Origin: a virus
Strand: one strand, 5' to 3'
Virus genome (UHGV): UHGV-0039337
DNA length: 64,000 nt
The notes beneath the pieces were generated by a model. It searched no databases and was not told the DNA's origin. It saw only the letters and a list, made by a program, of their open reading frames with translations. The translations under genes and the position numbers were made by a program. Numbering within the stretch: the stretch's first letter is position 1; each line of letters begins with the position of its first letter. Shown here piece by piece: positions 9,574 to 20,951 of this stretch.

Positions 9574-12500
9574 TTATTTATATTTAGTCCAAAAACTTTG
9601 ACTAGTTATATTAACATCGTCTTTACAGAATTTAGTTACTTTATAAGTTGTTCCTCCATTTTTAACATAGTCTCTCCACAAAGTTTCACTATGAGCCATA
9701 TGCTTATAACAATATGTAACTGAAGCTGATACTCCTTTGCCAGAACCCCAAGATACTACGTATACGTCCATACGTCTATTACCATAATATACACTAGCTG
9801 GACAACAAATATCAAAATCAAATCCTGCATTACCAGTATCAGTTACAGTAAATATACAACTAGGATTTGCTGTTTGTCTACCTTTAAAGTATGGAATATA
9901 TACTTTAGTTCCATATGGAAGGTTATGAGAAGCTACCGTATTACATCTATTACTATGTAATCGATTACCTAAAGCATCGTTATATCCGCCTTCTCCTTCT
10001 TTGTATTGAGTACACTTAGATCCTTTAAGAGCCATTATGTATTTTACTCCATCTATTTCGCCTGCAGTTTCATCTATACCTGAACCGCCATTTTTAGAAG
10101 ATTTATCTGCGTTTATTAATGATTGTGGTCTTAGGAAATAACTATGTCCTGCATGTTTTCCTGTTACATAATAGTCTGCTTTTTCATATTTAATTCCATC
10201 ACGAGGACTTGAACTATGAGCTATCATTCCGTCTCCCATATAGATAATAGCATGTGTAGCTTTACATTCACTACCATTTGATAGATTATTTTTATCTATT
10301 AAACCTGGGCCATATGTCATTAATACATCTCCTGGTAATGCTTTAGCCATACCTTCTTTATCAGCGAACCATATCTTACCGCCTTTTTTAACTACTTCTT
10401 GTGCTAAAGTATTTCCCCCTGGATTTCCTTGTCCTGTGCTTCCGCTATAGAAATCAGAAAGGCCTGCTGCTTTATAACAACATGATACAAATGATGTACA
10501 GTCATAACCTATTTTACCATCAGAACATTTTTGTGGTTTATCATGGTCTACAGTTCTTGGGCTATTAGAATATTTAGCTTTTCCATCTTTGTATTCTTGT
10601 ACTATAGTTTTAGCCATTTCCGTAATTTTCTTTCTTATTGTTGCTCCGTTACCGTTTACTGAATCATCTATATCAGAGTTACCGTTATTATTACCATTGC
10701 CATTACCAGCACTATTAGCAGTTAATCCTATATTGCCTTTAATTCCATTATCGTATTCATAACCAGTTCTATTAAGATTAAAGTTTTCAAAGTAGAAATC
10801 TAATGAACTGTATTTATTTATTTGGACACTATCATCTTTTTCTCTTGTGTCTATCCATTCACCAGAAGCTATAATATCATATGTCTTTTTATCGATGCCC
10901 ATTTGTGTAGACTTTTCAGCTGAAGCTACGTTATCTTCTCCTGGGTCACCTTTTTGATTTTTATACTTAGCTGCTATTTTTTCTGTAGGATAGGCTTTAA
11001 TATCTGGACGTTGTAAATCAACAGATTCTTCTGTCCAATCCATCATAAATAAATAATCGCTAGGAAGTAGTTTATCTAATTCTTTAGCTCGTTCTTCTTT
11101 ATCAGTATATTTTTTCTTTATTTCTTTTTCTTTTAATTTTTTGTCAGCTGTTTGCCATTCATCTATCAAACTCTTTGGTTTTTTCTTTTCTTTTTTATTA
11201 GTATTAATATAATTATATCTTGAACTTCTTTTTTCTACATCATTTAAATTTTTGAAATCATCTAATGACATATAAGACATTTGCATATCATCAAGTATAG
11301 CTGAACCGTTAAATCCTGTTTCATCAAGTATATCATATATTGCACCTACGATAGGTTCATATCTAGTACATGTTAAACATTGATCCATGGTAACAGTTGC
11401 ACCGTCATGTACTCTATCGTCTCTTAAACATCTTATACATTTATATTTTCCCATTACACTTTGTCCACCATAATATACACAGTTTATATTAACACGTGAA
11501 GCCATACGTCCTAGATATCTAGTTACTGTTGATAATATGTTTTCTATACGTACTAATCTTTGTTCAGTCATCTTAGATTGATTAATAGCCATATCATTAA
11601 GCATTGCAAAATTCTTAGCCATAGGATGTGCTATCGGACATCCAGGATGATTACAACTATATACTCTATTTTCTATTTCATCTATTAAAACTTTAGGATA
11701 ATGATTCTCTAAGTCAGTTATCTTATCGTCATATGGATAAGGGTCCATATAGTTTACTGGTTTACCACTAGATTTTTTAGTTTTCTTATCTAGTAATTTA
11801 TAGTCATATGAGTATGATTTATCAAGTGCATCTTCAAGAGATATAGAAGCATCTTCTATTGTTGTTAATGGTATACTATTTTTGCTTAAAGAATCATAAG
11901 TACTAGTAGTATATTTAGGAGGTATAACTAAGTCTGGATATATAGGATCAACCTTACAGTCCATATTCTTATATAGTACACTTAATTCATCTACTGGTTT
12001 AACACAGTGATCTACAGAACCAGGACCTGTTTCTACTACTTTATAACGTATCATATTATCAGTAAAAGTATAAATCTTTTCAGTTAATACTTCTAAACGA
12101 GAATCTGAAGTTAATCCTACAGTTTTAACTTCTACCAAATCTTTATCATATGGTTCAAATGAGTTAGTATATATGTCTATATTAGCTGCTGTAGAATATG
12201 TCATTATTTCTTCATATTCTTTTTGTGTTATAATAGTTTTTATATCTGGTTGTGTAGCGTTAGCTTCAGTAGGTTTTGCTACTTTATATATCATTACACC
12301 ACCATTATCTATAGATGTAGTACCTAATCCAGATAATGTTATTCCTGATGTACTGCTACTATCTCCTATTGTATTATCTATGTTATTCTTATATATTTTT
12401 TCTATTGTTATATCATCTATATATAAATCAAACTTATTTTTGCTTCCTATGAATAGTTTGTAATTACTATCTTCTAATCCAGTAAATATACATCCTATAC

Positions 12501-15500
12501 GTGTCCATATAGTATTTGATATTCCTGATATATCTACTTCTTTTTCGTATTTAACTTTATTTGATTTATCTAATAGTTTTATTGATATATTTGTCTGTTT
12601 TAGTTTGTCTGGATCTAGTGGGCCACTATTTTCATCTTTTTGTGTGACTTGTTTTATATAAAATAATACTCTTAAATAACATTTGCTATCTTTTGCGTCA
12701 AAGTTTTGTGATATACCTGATATCTTATTGCTCGCATTTTTTATACGTGCAAATCCAGTTTTTCTATAAGGCCAATGTCCTTTAGTTCCCCATTCTGGGT
12801 TTGTTATACGTGAGAATTCTATAGAACCCATTTTTGACCACATTGATATATCGTCTTCTTCGAAATCAGCATTTTTTAATGATACTAAGTCAAGATTTCC
12901 TGACGAATTATTATTTTCTTCTTCGCCGTTATCCGGTTTTATTACTTCATCTCCAGGATCTTTTCCATTAGATACTTTAAAATCAGAGTTATCAAATGTA
13001 ACAGCATATGCTTTAACGTATCCAGATGTATCGTTTGTTTTTATTTTATATAAGCCTAGTTTTACATCTGTTCCTATAATAACTACTTTAGTTTGCTCAC
13101 TAAGGTCTTTATTTTGTTTTGCTAATTTAGTGTCTTTATAATAATCTGTATTTTCAAATTTAATCCAACATGTTTGTCCAACATAACTTTGAGATACTTC
13201 TCCATGATTTTTACCTATTACTACCACGTCTTCTTTTAATACATAACCAGTTTTCTTATTAAATTTACATTTATAATATGTGTTCTTTTCTCCGGTTATT
13301 TCTAATTCATCACCAACTGCTAATTTTGCTACTTTGCCTGCTTTTTCTTTTGCATCCTTTTTCATTTCTGTTCCTGATGTATTACCTACATAACAATACT
13401 GCTTATCGTTTTTAGTTTTCGGAGCTCTCATAGCAAATGTAGATGCATGATTTTCTTCTTTTGGTTCATCATGATGGTCACTATCTCCAACCATAAGTAT
13501 TTCAGTTACCAATGTAATATTAGTTGTAGATTCTATTATGCTTTTTATATTATTATAATATGTTATATAATTATTTAATGTTATTCCATCAGAGTTAACG
13601 ATAGAATCTTTTAAATATCCCTCTGAATCCATTAAGTCTTTAGATATATCTATAAAATAAAATCCATTTTTTATACAGTATGATTTTAAATTATTATTGT
13701 ATTTATCAAGAGCTTCATTAAAAGCATCTGCACTTTTATAATCTTGCTCTGAATATCTTTTTCCACAATGAGGTAATTTAGCTACATATACAGGAACGTT
13801 ATTATATAGCTCTTTTATTTTATTTAAAAATCTTACTGTATCATTAGATTCTAAGTTTTCTTTTAATCTGTTATATCCTAAATGTATATATACAAATGAG
13901 ACGTCTTTATTCATTCCTTCTAGTCTGTCTATATTCTTAGTAGGATTGTAATAATAAGAAGAATCTTTAGATATTGCAGCTTCACATATACTATATGTTT
14001 CACCTGTACTGCTTACAAAGTAACTTCCTTCTAATTCATTACTATCTCCTACTATTAGATCTCTCATTTCATATTCCCAGTTATCTCCTATAAACAATCC
14101 AGGATATTGAGTTGGATATATTTCTTCGGTATCGTTATCATCATCTATAGTAGCAATAGCATTAACAGCTCTTTTCCTTGCGGCAAAAGTTTTGACTGCT
14201 GCAGATTTTGCATCACTGTTAGCACTTATGTGACTATCAGTATTATTTTTCTTACCATTTGGAGATACATAATTTAATGGATTTACTGGTGTACCTTTTG
14301 TACCTGAAAAATCTTTATGTACTTCAAAATGTAAGTGAGGTCCGGTACCTATACCAGAGTTACCTACTTCTGCTATCTTATCGCCTTGTTTAACTGATTG
14401 CCCTACTGTTACTATATATTTATTAAGATGTTGATATAATGTTCCTATTCCGTTTCCGTGATCTATTACTACGTAATTACCACGTCCACCATTATATCCT
14501 GTTTTTGCTACAACTACTTTACCAGAATCAGCTGCTATAACTTTTGTACCTTTAGATGCTGGTATATCTAAGCCTCTATGAAATGTAGAAGCTCCAGGAG
14601 TTGGCGCTTTTCTTGGTCCAAAATTTGAAGATATTCTAGTTGATCCAGGTAATGGCCATATAAAATTACCTGAGCCTTTCTCATTTCCGTCACTGTTATT
14701 GTCGTTATTATTGTTGCTATTGTCATTATTACCATTGCCATTGTTTCCAGGTACTATTACTCCATTAGGAAGTGGAGCTGTTTCTATAAAGTTATTAGTA
14801 TTTTGGTTCGTTAATAGATTATTAGGTATATAAGTCGATGTAACTTTACCATACTTTTTATTTAACCAACTTACTTGTTTATCTACTTCTTTACAAAATG
14901 CTATCCATTTATCCTTGTCTAAATACAAGAATGGTGACGGCGCTCTATTAAGATCAAATTCACGCCATAATTGTTTACTAGTAAAGCCTTCATCATATAA
15001 TGCTTTAGCGCATTGTTCTATTAATTTTTTCTCTGTTTTAGGATAATCAACATTACCTGTTTTTTCTACTAAATCATATTCATCATAGAAGAATTCTCCT
15101 ATACTTAATGTGTATTTAGGATGTTGATTATTAAATAGATTGGCGTCTATATATGTATGCGTATTGTTATCAACACTCGCAAAACATATTTTCCCTTTAT
15201 CTACTTTATCCCATGTTATAACTTTTTTATCTGTAGTATTAGATACTGTTTTATTTGTATTTTTTGTGTTTACAAATGCAGCTCTAGTCAAAGCAAACAT
15301 AGTTGTTTCGACTTGTGGGAAAGGATTCTTTTTATATCCTCCTCCAGGTTCTACATAATCTAATGGATCTACATACTTACCATCTATCAGCATTCCAAAA
15401 TGTAAATGCATTAAAGGATTTGACACTGTAACACCTGTTGTACCTATACATTGACCTTTTGTTACAGTGTCTCCTTCTTTTACCTTTATCTCATCAAGTG

Positions 15501-17415
15501 AACCATATACGGTTTGTACTTTATTTCCGTGATCTATACGTACGTAGCCTTTTAATTTAGTATCCGTTAATACTTTTTTTACTACACCATCTGCGTAACA
15601 GAATGCTCCGCTCCCTGTATAATTTGCTATATCAATACCTGGATGGTAATTATATCCGAGCGTATCCGTTCTATATCCAAAGTATGATTGTATATATGTT
15701 TGCATAGGTGCAGGCCAACCAAATGGCTCACTTTGTTGTTGCACTGTTATTTCATCGTTTAAATATGTGCCGTAATCATTTGCATATGCTGATATTTGTT
15801 CTTGATCATAAGATCTATCAGCAAATGTGCTAAATGTTTTCGCTCTTAATCGTTTAGAACCTGATGAGTTAGAAAATTTATCGTACCATTTTTGTGCGTA
15901 TTTTCCTCTAATTCCTGTACCATCCGCACCATCTTCCGCTCTTTCAAAAACATGGCCAAATATTTTAGCTGCTTGTTTAGGATCGGTTAACTTCTTCCAT
16001 GAATCTAGCGTCATATTATATCTTGATTTTCTTAAATGATCAATATATGAATCTCCGCTCCATTCTATCCACATATATTGTATTTGAATATCTGGATCCG
16101 ACCATTCTTTACCAGCTTTTTTGGCGTAATTTTTTAAGGCATTTGCTCTATCGCCTAATAGTTGAAATAATCCTGTAGCTCCTAATCTATTTACATTTTT
16201 TGGATCGAAACTAGATTCTGTTTCTGCATTACCTACTATACCACAAGCTGCAGCTACACTACATCCTTGTGAGATACAATAATTATATATTTTGGTAGGT
16301 ATATCATTTCCGTCTATCTTGTTTATCCCTTCTGATTCTTTTCCTTCCTCCGGTGTTGATCCATCAGTAGAGTTATTGCCTCCATTATTAACTGTAACAT
16401 TTTCTCCGTTTATGATTACAGTTTGATTTAATGGATCTTTAGGTTTTACTTCAAAATCTGATAACGATGAACCTACTATATTACCACCTGTAGTTTGTCC
16501 ACTTGCAGGTTTTTTATTAAAATCTATCTTAGTATCTTTATCCACTTTATAATGAAAGTTTCTATCCCACCCTAGACTTTCAAAATACTTAGCCATACTG
16601 TCTGCAGTACAGTCATGGTAAGGTGGATACATATGCAAGGTTATACCTTTTATCTTATGCATATCTACCCAGTTGTCACTTACATTAGCATTAGGTAATG
16701 ATTCTTGTACAGTAGTAGTGTTATTATAAATTACTGTTATGGAATTGCCTGAACCACTTCCATAATTATTCCCTGAATTACCTTCAGATGGTGCATTGTT
16801 TCCTGAACCATCACCTGTATTTCCATTATCACCAGGTTCTGCTCCGTCTTCTGAACCTAGCTTTTTAAATTTGCTAGAATCTAAATTAAATTTTTTATCG
16901 CCTATTTTAAAACCACAAATAAAACCATCTGATGCATGTGATCTAGGTCTTATTCCTGAAGAGAATACTCCTCTAGGGTCATTTATTACTACATCGTTTC
17001 CGCTCATGGCTACTAATACTACATAGTGTCCTGCTGGTCCATAGCATGTTCTTAAACATCTTTCATGCCAGCTTGTACCAGGATCTTTTCGTCCATCTAA
17101 TACTATTGGATATCCTTGTTTAGCTAATTCACAGCATTTATCAAAACTAGTTATCTTTTCTACTGGTACATTAAATTGTTTACTGATATAAGGGAATAAT
17201 GTATTTTTATCTGCGCCACCACTTGGATTCCATCCATGGCCTTTACATTTTTGACATAGCATATTAGGCGCTACATCTTTACCTAATGCTTTTAGTACCA
17301 TAGATATGGCAGTAGTTGCGCAACCTGCATTCATAATATCCTCATCTATATTTTTATAAGCAACTTGTGACCAATAAGGGAAATCGTTGACTGTTTGTAC
17401 TGGTAGCTCTTGCAT
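9574..17415 (-). CDS. Giant (2613 aa) multidomain virion-associated peptidoglycan hydrolase or ejection protein
   Basis: From the N-terminus: a C39-like papain-fold peptidase (GCATTAISMVLKALGK...HYVVL), Gly/Asn-rich linkers, a lytic transglycosylase SLT-like domain (ACGIVGNAETESSFDPK...GATGLFQL), two M23 peptidase domains (YHPGIDIA...HLHFGM and FHRGLDIPASKGTKV...GPHLHFEVH), a possible SGNH-like segment (LIVGDSN), and an NlpC/P60-like Cys-His domain (DCTSFVSCCYKAAG ... HAIIY). Confidence 0.8.
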   Translation of the reverse strand: MQELPVQTVNDFPYWSQVAYKNIDEDIMNAGCATTAISMVLKALGKDVAPNMLCQKCKGHGWNPSGGADKNTLFPYISKQFNVPVEKITSFDKCCELAKQGYPIVLDGRKDPGTSWHERCLRTCYGPAGHYVVLVAMSGNDVVINDPRGVFSSGIRPRSHASDGFICGFKIGDKKFNLDSSKFKKLGSEDGAEPGDNGNTGDGSGNNAPSEGNSGNNYGSGSGNSITVIYNNTTTVQESLPNANVSDNWVDMHKIKGITLHMYPPYHDCTADSMAKYFESLGWDRNFHYKVDKDTKIDFNKKPASGQTTGGNIVGSSLSDFEVKPKDPLNQTVIINGENVTVNNGGNNSTDGSTPEEGKESEGINKIDGNDIPTKIYNYCISQGCSVAAACGIVGNAETESSFDPKNVNRLGATGLFQLLGDRANALKNYAKKAGKEWSDPDIQIQYMWIEWSGDSYIDHLRKSRYNMTLDSWKKLTDPKQAAKIFGHVFERAEDGADGTGIRGKYAQKWYDKFSNSSGSKRLRAKTFSTFADRSYDQEQISAYANDYGTYLNDEITVQQQSEPFGWPAPMQTYIQSYFGYRTDTLGYNYHPGIDIANYTGSGAFCYADGVVKKVLTDTKLKGYVRIDHGNKVQTVYGSLDEIKVKEGDTVTKGQCIGTTGVTVSNPLMHLHFGMLIDGKYVDPLDYVEPGGGYKKNPFPQVETTMFALTRAAFVNTKNTNKTVSNTTDKKVITWDKVDKGKICFASVDNNTHTYIDANLFNNQHPKYTLSIGEFFYDEYDLVEKTGNVDYPKTEKKLIEQCAKALYDEGFTSKQLWREFDLNRAPSPFLYLDKDKWIAFCKEVDKQVSWLNKKYGKVTSTYIPNNLLTNQNTNNFIETAPLPNGVIVPGNNGNGNNDNSNNNNDNNSDGNEKGSGNFIWPLPGSTRISSNFGPRKAPTPGASTFHRGLDIPASKGTKVIAADSGKVVVAKTGYNGGRGNYVVIDHGNGIGTLYQHLNKYIVTVGQSVKQGDKIAEVGNSGIGTGPHLHFEVHKDFSGTKGTPVNPLNYVSPNGKKNNTDSHISANSDAKSAAVKTFAARKRAVNAIATIDDDNDTEEIYPTQYPGLFIGDNWEYEMRDLIVGDSNELEGSYFVSSTGETYSICEAAISKDSSYYYNPTKNIDRLEGMNKDVSFVYIHLGYNRLKENLESNDTVRFLNKIKELYNNVPVYVAKLPHCGKRYSEQDYKSADAFNEALDKYNNNLKSYCIKNGFYFIDISKDLMDSEGYLKDSIVNSDGITLNNYITYYNNIKSIIESTTNITLVTEILMVGDSDHHDEPKEENHASTFAMRAPKTKNDKQYCYVGNTSGTEMKKDAKEKAGKVAKLAVGDELEITGEKNTYYKCKFNKKTGYVLKEDVVVIGKNHGEVSQSYVGQTCWIKFENTDYYKDTKLAKQNKDLSEQTKVVIIGTDVKLGLYKIKTNDTSGYVKAYAVTFDNSDFKVSNGKDPGDEVIKPDNGEEENNNSSGNLDLVSLKNADFEEDDISMWSKMGSIEFSRITNPEWGTKGHWPYRKTGFARIKNASNKISGISQNFDAKDSKCYLRVLFYIKQVTQKDENSGPLDPDKLKQTNISIKLLDKSNKVKYEKEVDISGISNTIWTRIGCIFTGLEDSNYKLFIGSKNKFDLYIDDITIEKIYKNNIDNTIGDSSSTSGITLSGLGTTSIDNGGVMIYKVAKPTEANATQPDIKTIITQKEYEEIMTYSTAANIDIYTNSFEPYDKDLVEVKTVGLTSDSRLEVLTEKIYTFTDNMIRYKVVETGPGSVDHCVKPVDELSVLYKNMDCKVDPIYPDLVIPPKYTTSTYDSLSKNSIPLTTIEDASISLEDALDKSYSYDYKLLDKKTKKSSGKPVNYMDPYPYDDKITDLENHYPKVLIDEIENRVYSCNHPGCPIAHPMAKNFAMLNDMAINQSKMTEQRLVRIENILSTVTRYLGRMASRVNINCVYYGGQSVMGKYKCIRCLRDDRVHDGATVTMDQCLTCTRYEPIVGAIYDILDETGFNGSAILDDMQMSYMSLDDFKNLNDVEKRSSRYNYINTNKKEKKKPKSLIDEWQTADKKLKEKEIKKKYTDKEERAKELDKLLPSDYLFMMDWTEESVDLQRPDIKAYPTEKIAAKYKNQKGDPGEDNVASAEKSTQMGIDKKTYDIIASGEWIDTREKDDSVQINKYSSLDFYFENFNLNRTGYEYDNGIKGNIGLTANSAGNGNGNNNGNSDIDDSVNGNGATIRKKITEMAKTIVQEYKDGKAKYSNSPRTVDHDKPQKCSDGKIGYDCTSFVSCCYKAAGLSDFYSGSTGQGNPGGNTLAQEVVKKGGKIWFADKEGMAKALPGDVLMTYGPGLIDKNNLSNGSECKATHAIIYMGDGMIAHSSSPRDGIKYEKADYYVTGKHAGHSYFLRPQSLINADKSSKNGGSGIDETAGEIDGVKYIMALKGSKCTQYKEGEGGYNDALGNRLHSNRCNTVASHNLPYGTKVYIPYFKGRQTANPSCIFTVTDTGNAGFDFDICCPASVYYGNRRMDVYVVSWGSGKGVSASVTYCYKHMAHSETLWRDYVKNGGTTYKVTKFCKDDVNITSQSFWTKYK

Positions 17416-17831
17416 TATTTATCCCTCTTATCTGTTGAAGATGCAGTAATTGTATTATCTAATATTTGTTGTCTTATTTTAGCGGCAGCTTGAGAGTCAT
17501 GTATGCCTAAATTAGCATAATCTATATCCCAAGTGTCTTTATCTTCTTCATACCATTGCTTTCTATCTAACAATGTTTTATTCATATATTCTCTTTCTGC
17601 TTCACGTAATGAAGTTATATAATCAAAGCCTTCCATATATTGTTGCGCTTTAGCGTAACCTTCTTCTCTTTTCTTTTCCCATTTTCTATCATGAGCATAA
17701 TTAAAATCTATTATAGCTCCATCTGTTGTGTCGATAAAGTACTCATCGCCATAAGCTAATAACTTATAGTAAGGAATATCGCATCTGATGCATTCATTAG
17801 GTTCTGTTATTCTACATAATATTAATGACAA
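17415..17831 (-). CDS. Hypothetical protein
   Basis: 138-aa ORF. Its stop overlaps the ATG of the giant gene (TAATG). Confidence 0.45.
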   Translation of the reverse strand: MSLILCRITEPNECIRCDIPYYKLLAYGDEYFIDTTDGAIIDFNYAHDRKWEKKREEGYAKAQQYMEGFDYITSLREAEREYMNKTLLDRKQWYEEDKDTWDIDYANLGIHDSQAAAKIRQQILDNTITASSTDKRDK

Positions 17832-17896
17832 AAAATCGCCTCCATTTCATAGTAATCGTATATAATATATATTACTGAAATGAAGACGATTATATC

Positions 17897-20800
17897 TTAT
17901 CTGGATATTTTAAGTAATTTTTTAGAGATAGTTGGTTTAGGTGCTCTATTAAATAGACTACGTAATTTTCTATGACCTCTATTATCCATAGGGATTTCTA
18001 TACGGTCAGGTTTTCTATTATGTTTCTTTTCTGTATTGCTTACTTGTTTTATATGAGTAGCTGATTTAAATAAATTTTTATCTACTGTATTTTTAATTCC
18101 GTCTACTACGTTTGAAGCTATTTGAGTTAATACATCTTGGTTATCACTCATGGCACGTAATCCTTCTTCACTAAATTTACCTTCCATTGATTGTGCGGCG
18201 TGTAATTTAGTAGCCATTAGAGATAGTGTAGCTTCTTGAGTAGTACCTTCATAATATAGGAAATATACAGTTATATCTTTAGTTTGTGACAATCTCCATG
18301 ATCTTCTTGACGCTTGTCTCATAGTATTTAAATTATATCCTAACTGATAAAATACTATAGTAGTAAAATCTAATAGATTTAATCCAGTTTCTATTAAAGA
18401 TGGATTACATATTAACACATCGTATTTGTCTTTAATTAGTTTATTAATAAATTCTTCACGCTTTTCTGCTTTAACAGATGCTTTTAACTCAGCACTTTTA
18501 TATCCATATGAATTTATTAGTAATCTTATATGGTCTCCTAGATTTGTAGTACCTACATCATTATAATATACTAATACCTTTTCTCCTGCTAATACTTTAG
18601 TATTTATTATATCTAATAGTGCTAAGTCTTTATTGGTTGTAAATTCTTCTATTTCTGGTGCAGCAAATAATAGATTACCATCTTCAGTTGCTTCATCTTC
18701 TATGCAATGTGGAGCATCAGGAATAGTAAGCATACGTCTACAATATTGTCTAAGATATTTTCTATTATTTATATCATTATCTGTAGCCATACGTTTTATG
18801 AATTGTTCATAACTATTATAATATTTCAATGTTGTTTCATCCATTTCTATACTATATGGTATTTCTGTATAATTAGGTAGTCCTTCTGTCATATCTTCAA
18901 GAGACACAAAGACTGTATTGTTTAATAGAAATTTAGTAAATACTAATGATGATATACCAGGAAGTAATTTAGAGCTTCTTTTTTTTACTGTTCTTCCATC
19001 TATTATGGAAGTAGTACTATTAACTCCATATATTCTATTAAATTCAGCTTCATCTTCGTAGTTAAATCCTTCTCTTTTCATAGATTGAGGAAGCAATCTA
19101 TATAATAAATAATACATACTATTTACGAATCCGTTCATTAATGTACCTGTCATGGTAATGGTTTTCTTGCATGATTGAGCTAAAATATGAAAGGCATGTC
19201 CTTGTTCTGTTTTACCTTTATAGCTTTGAGCTTCATCAAAAATTCCATAATCAAACACATTATTCATACGTTTTTTAATATAACTAGCTATAGGATACTT
19301 TTTAGTACCTATATATTTATTATTTACTGTGCCGTTTCTAATTAAACTATTATGTTGATCACTTAAGTTTGCAAATAATTCAGAGTCTTTACGCGTCATC
19401 TTAATTCCAGAATTTAAGTAATGATTCATTAATATTTCTATTGTGTCTTTATGAATCCATCCTGATTTACCTAATTTAACCCATTGTAAATTATCATCAT
19501 CTCTATTTACTGCAGTCCATAATTTATTATTACATTTTTTCTTTCTATACGCTTCTTCTTTAAAGTCATATACTTTAATAGTGTTAGTACATATATCATT
19601 AATAGAGTTTTCTTTAGTAAAATCAGTTAGATCTAATGGTACTATTCTTTTTACTTTACGTGATGCACCTGGGTAAATTGGTACAGTAACATACTTAGTA
19701 AGTACTTGTCCACATTCAGGGCATACAAATACATTATTTGCTTTTACCATGTTGCCATGTTCATTTTTGTAGTATCCAATCTTTTTAAACAATACAGCTG
19801 GTCTATTTCCATATCCTATTTTGGCACTTTCTTTAGATAATATTACAAAAGAATTTTCTATTTTATATGGATCAGTTAATATGTCTTTAATAGCTAATAA
19901 TTCTTCTAAGTTGTGTATTATATACGATCTACTATTAGGAACAAAACGTGCTACTTCATTTTTCCAGTTATTAACTAAGTGTGACGGACACATTACAAGA
20001 GTATTAAATCCTTTATTCTTATTAGCATTATGAACATAACAAGCTGCGGAAGCCATAAGAGTTTTACCACTACCCATTTCTCCGACTAAGAACGTATTAC
20101 TATTAACGTTCATATTATTCACTATAGCTTGTATTGCTGAACGTTGTGCTTCATATAAATTAACACCAGCATTATAATATGCATAATCATCTATGTTATA
20201 TAAATAATTATCATAAGTATCTTCACCCGGTATAAATTTAGGTCTAAAAGATGTTTGAATCTTTTTAGCTAATCCTTCTCCAAATAATTGCAAATAATTA
20301 TCTATTCCTGTACAGTTATCTAGTATTGTAGAATGTTCATTCGATCCCTTGATATTAATAACTTCACTATTAAGCCCATCACGTACTATTTCTTCTAATA
20401 TATGTCGTGATCCAATTAATACATAACATAGTAAAGGTTGTTTTCCCTCTAATGCATAATATTCAGTATCTAATTGATTAAATCTCAATTGTTCTTCTAA
20501 TTTCTGTTTTATATATGGTATCCATTCTCTAAGTATAGGTATAGATGAATATTTAACAAGACGTTTGTATAACTCATCTTCTATATTAGATTCGGAATTA
20601 GTAAATATATATGATGTATAATTTTCATGGTTATCTTTAGTAACATAACTATCATTTGCATATGCTATCATGTGCACATAATCAGAATTAGGCATTTTCT
20701 TTGTTTTAATTACATATTTACTACTTGATATTATATAATATCTATTGTTTGCATATATAGTATGTGTTTTATTGTTATTAAGCATAGGTTTAATCATATT

Positions 20801-20935
20801 AATAGTAGAATTATACCCAATCATAGATATGAATATTGCATGTCCATAATTATTTATGATTATTGTATCGGCTTTACAGCCACTAAAACCTCCAATAGAT
20901 ATATTAATATAATCGTTCATTCTTTCTGCTGTCAT
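17897..20935 (-). CDS. SNF2-like superfamily 2 helicase/ATPase with a large N-terminal extension
   Basis: Motif I is GEMGSGKTLMASAA and motif II is GIFDEAQSYKG (DEAQ). Motif III is TMTGTLMNG, and motif VI is QASRRSWRLSQTK. An internal CPECGQVL segment is zinc-ribbon-like. Confidence 0.6.
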   Translation of the reverse strand: MTAERMNDYINISIGGFSGCKADTIIINNYGHAIFISMIGYNSTINMIKPMLNNNKTHTIYANNRYYIISSSKYVIKTKKMPNSDYVHMIAYANDSYVTKDNHENYTSYIFTNSESNIEDELYKRLVKYSSIPILREWIPYIKQKLEEQLRFNQLDTEYYALEGKQPLLCYVLIGSRHILEEIVRDGLNSEVINIKGSNEHSTILDNCTGIDNYLQLFGEGLAKKIQTSFRPKFIPGEDTYDNYLYNIDDYAYYNAGVNLYEAQRSAIQAIVNNMNVNSNTFLVGEMGSGKTLMASAACYVHNANKNKGFNTLVMCPSHLVNNWKNEVARFVPNSRSYIIHNLEELLAIKDILTDPYKIENSFVILSKESAKIGYGNRPAVLFKKIGYYKNEHGNMVKANNVFVCPECGQVLTKYVTVPIYPGASRKVKRIVPLDLTDFTKENSINDICTNTIKVYDFKEEAYRKKKCNNKLWTAVNRDDDNLQWVKLGKSGWIHKDTIEILMNHYLNSGIKMTRKDSELFANLSDQHNSLIRNGTVNNKYIGTKKYPIASYIKKRMNNVFDYGIFDEAQSYKGKTEQGHAFHILAQSCKKTITMTGTLMNGFVNSMYYLLYRLLPQSMKREGFNYEDEAEFNRIYGVNSTTSIIDGRTVKKRSSKLLPGISSLVFTKFLLNNTVFVSLEDMTEGLPNYTEIPYSIEMDETTLKYYNSYEQFIKRMATDNDINNRKYLRQYCRRMLTIPDAPHCIEDEATEDGNLLFAAPEIEEFTTNKDLALLDIINTKVLAGEKVLVYYNDVGTTNLGDHIRLLINSYGYKSAELKASVKAEKREEFINKLIKDKYDVLICNPSLIETGLNLLDFTTIVFYQLGYNLNTMRQASRRSWRLSQTKDITVYFLYYEGTTQEATLSLMATKLHAAQSMEGKFSEEGLRAMSDNQDVLTQIASNVVDGIKNTVDKNLFKSATHIKQVSNTEKKHNRKPDRIEIPMDNRGHRKLRSLFNRAPKPTISKKLLKISR

Positions 20936-20951
20936 TTTTTTTCACCTCCTT

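Noticed and set aside
12173-12463. Plus-strand ORFs nested inside the giant minus-strand gene (12173-12463, 15140-15363, 15827-16039, 16796-17026)
   Set aside because: They lie entirely antisense within a 7.8-kb gene that has strong domain homology. They are short, lack an RBS and have biased, low-complexity composition. They are taken as spurious.
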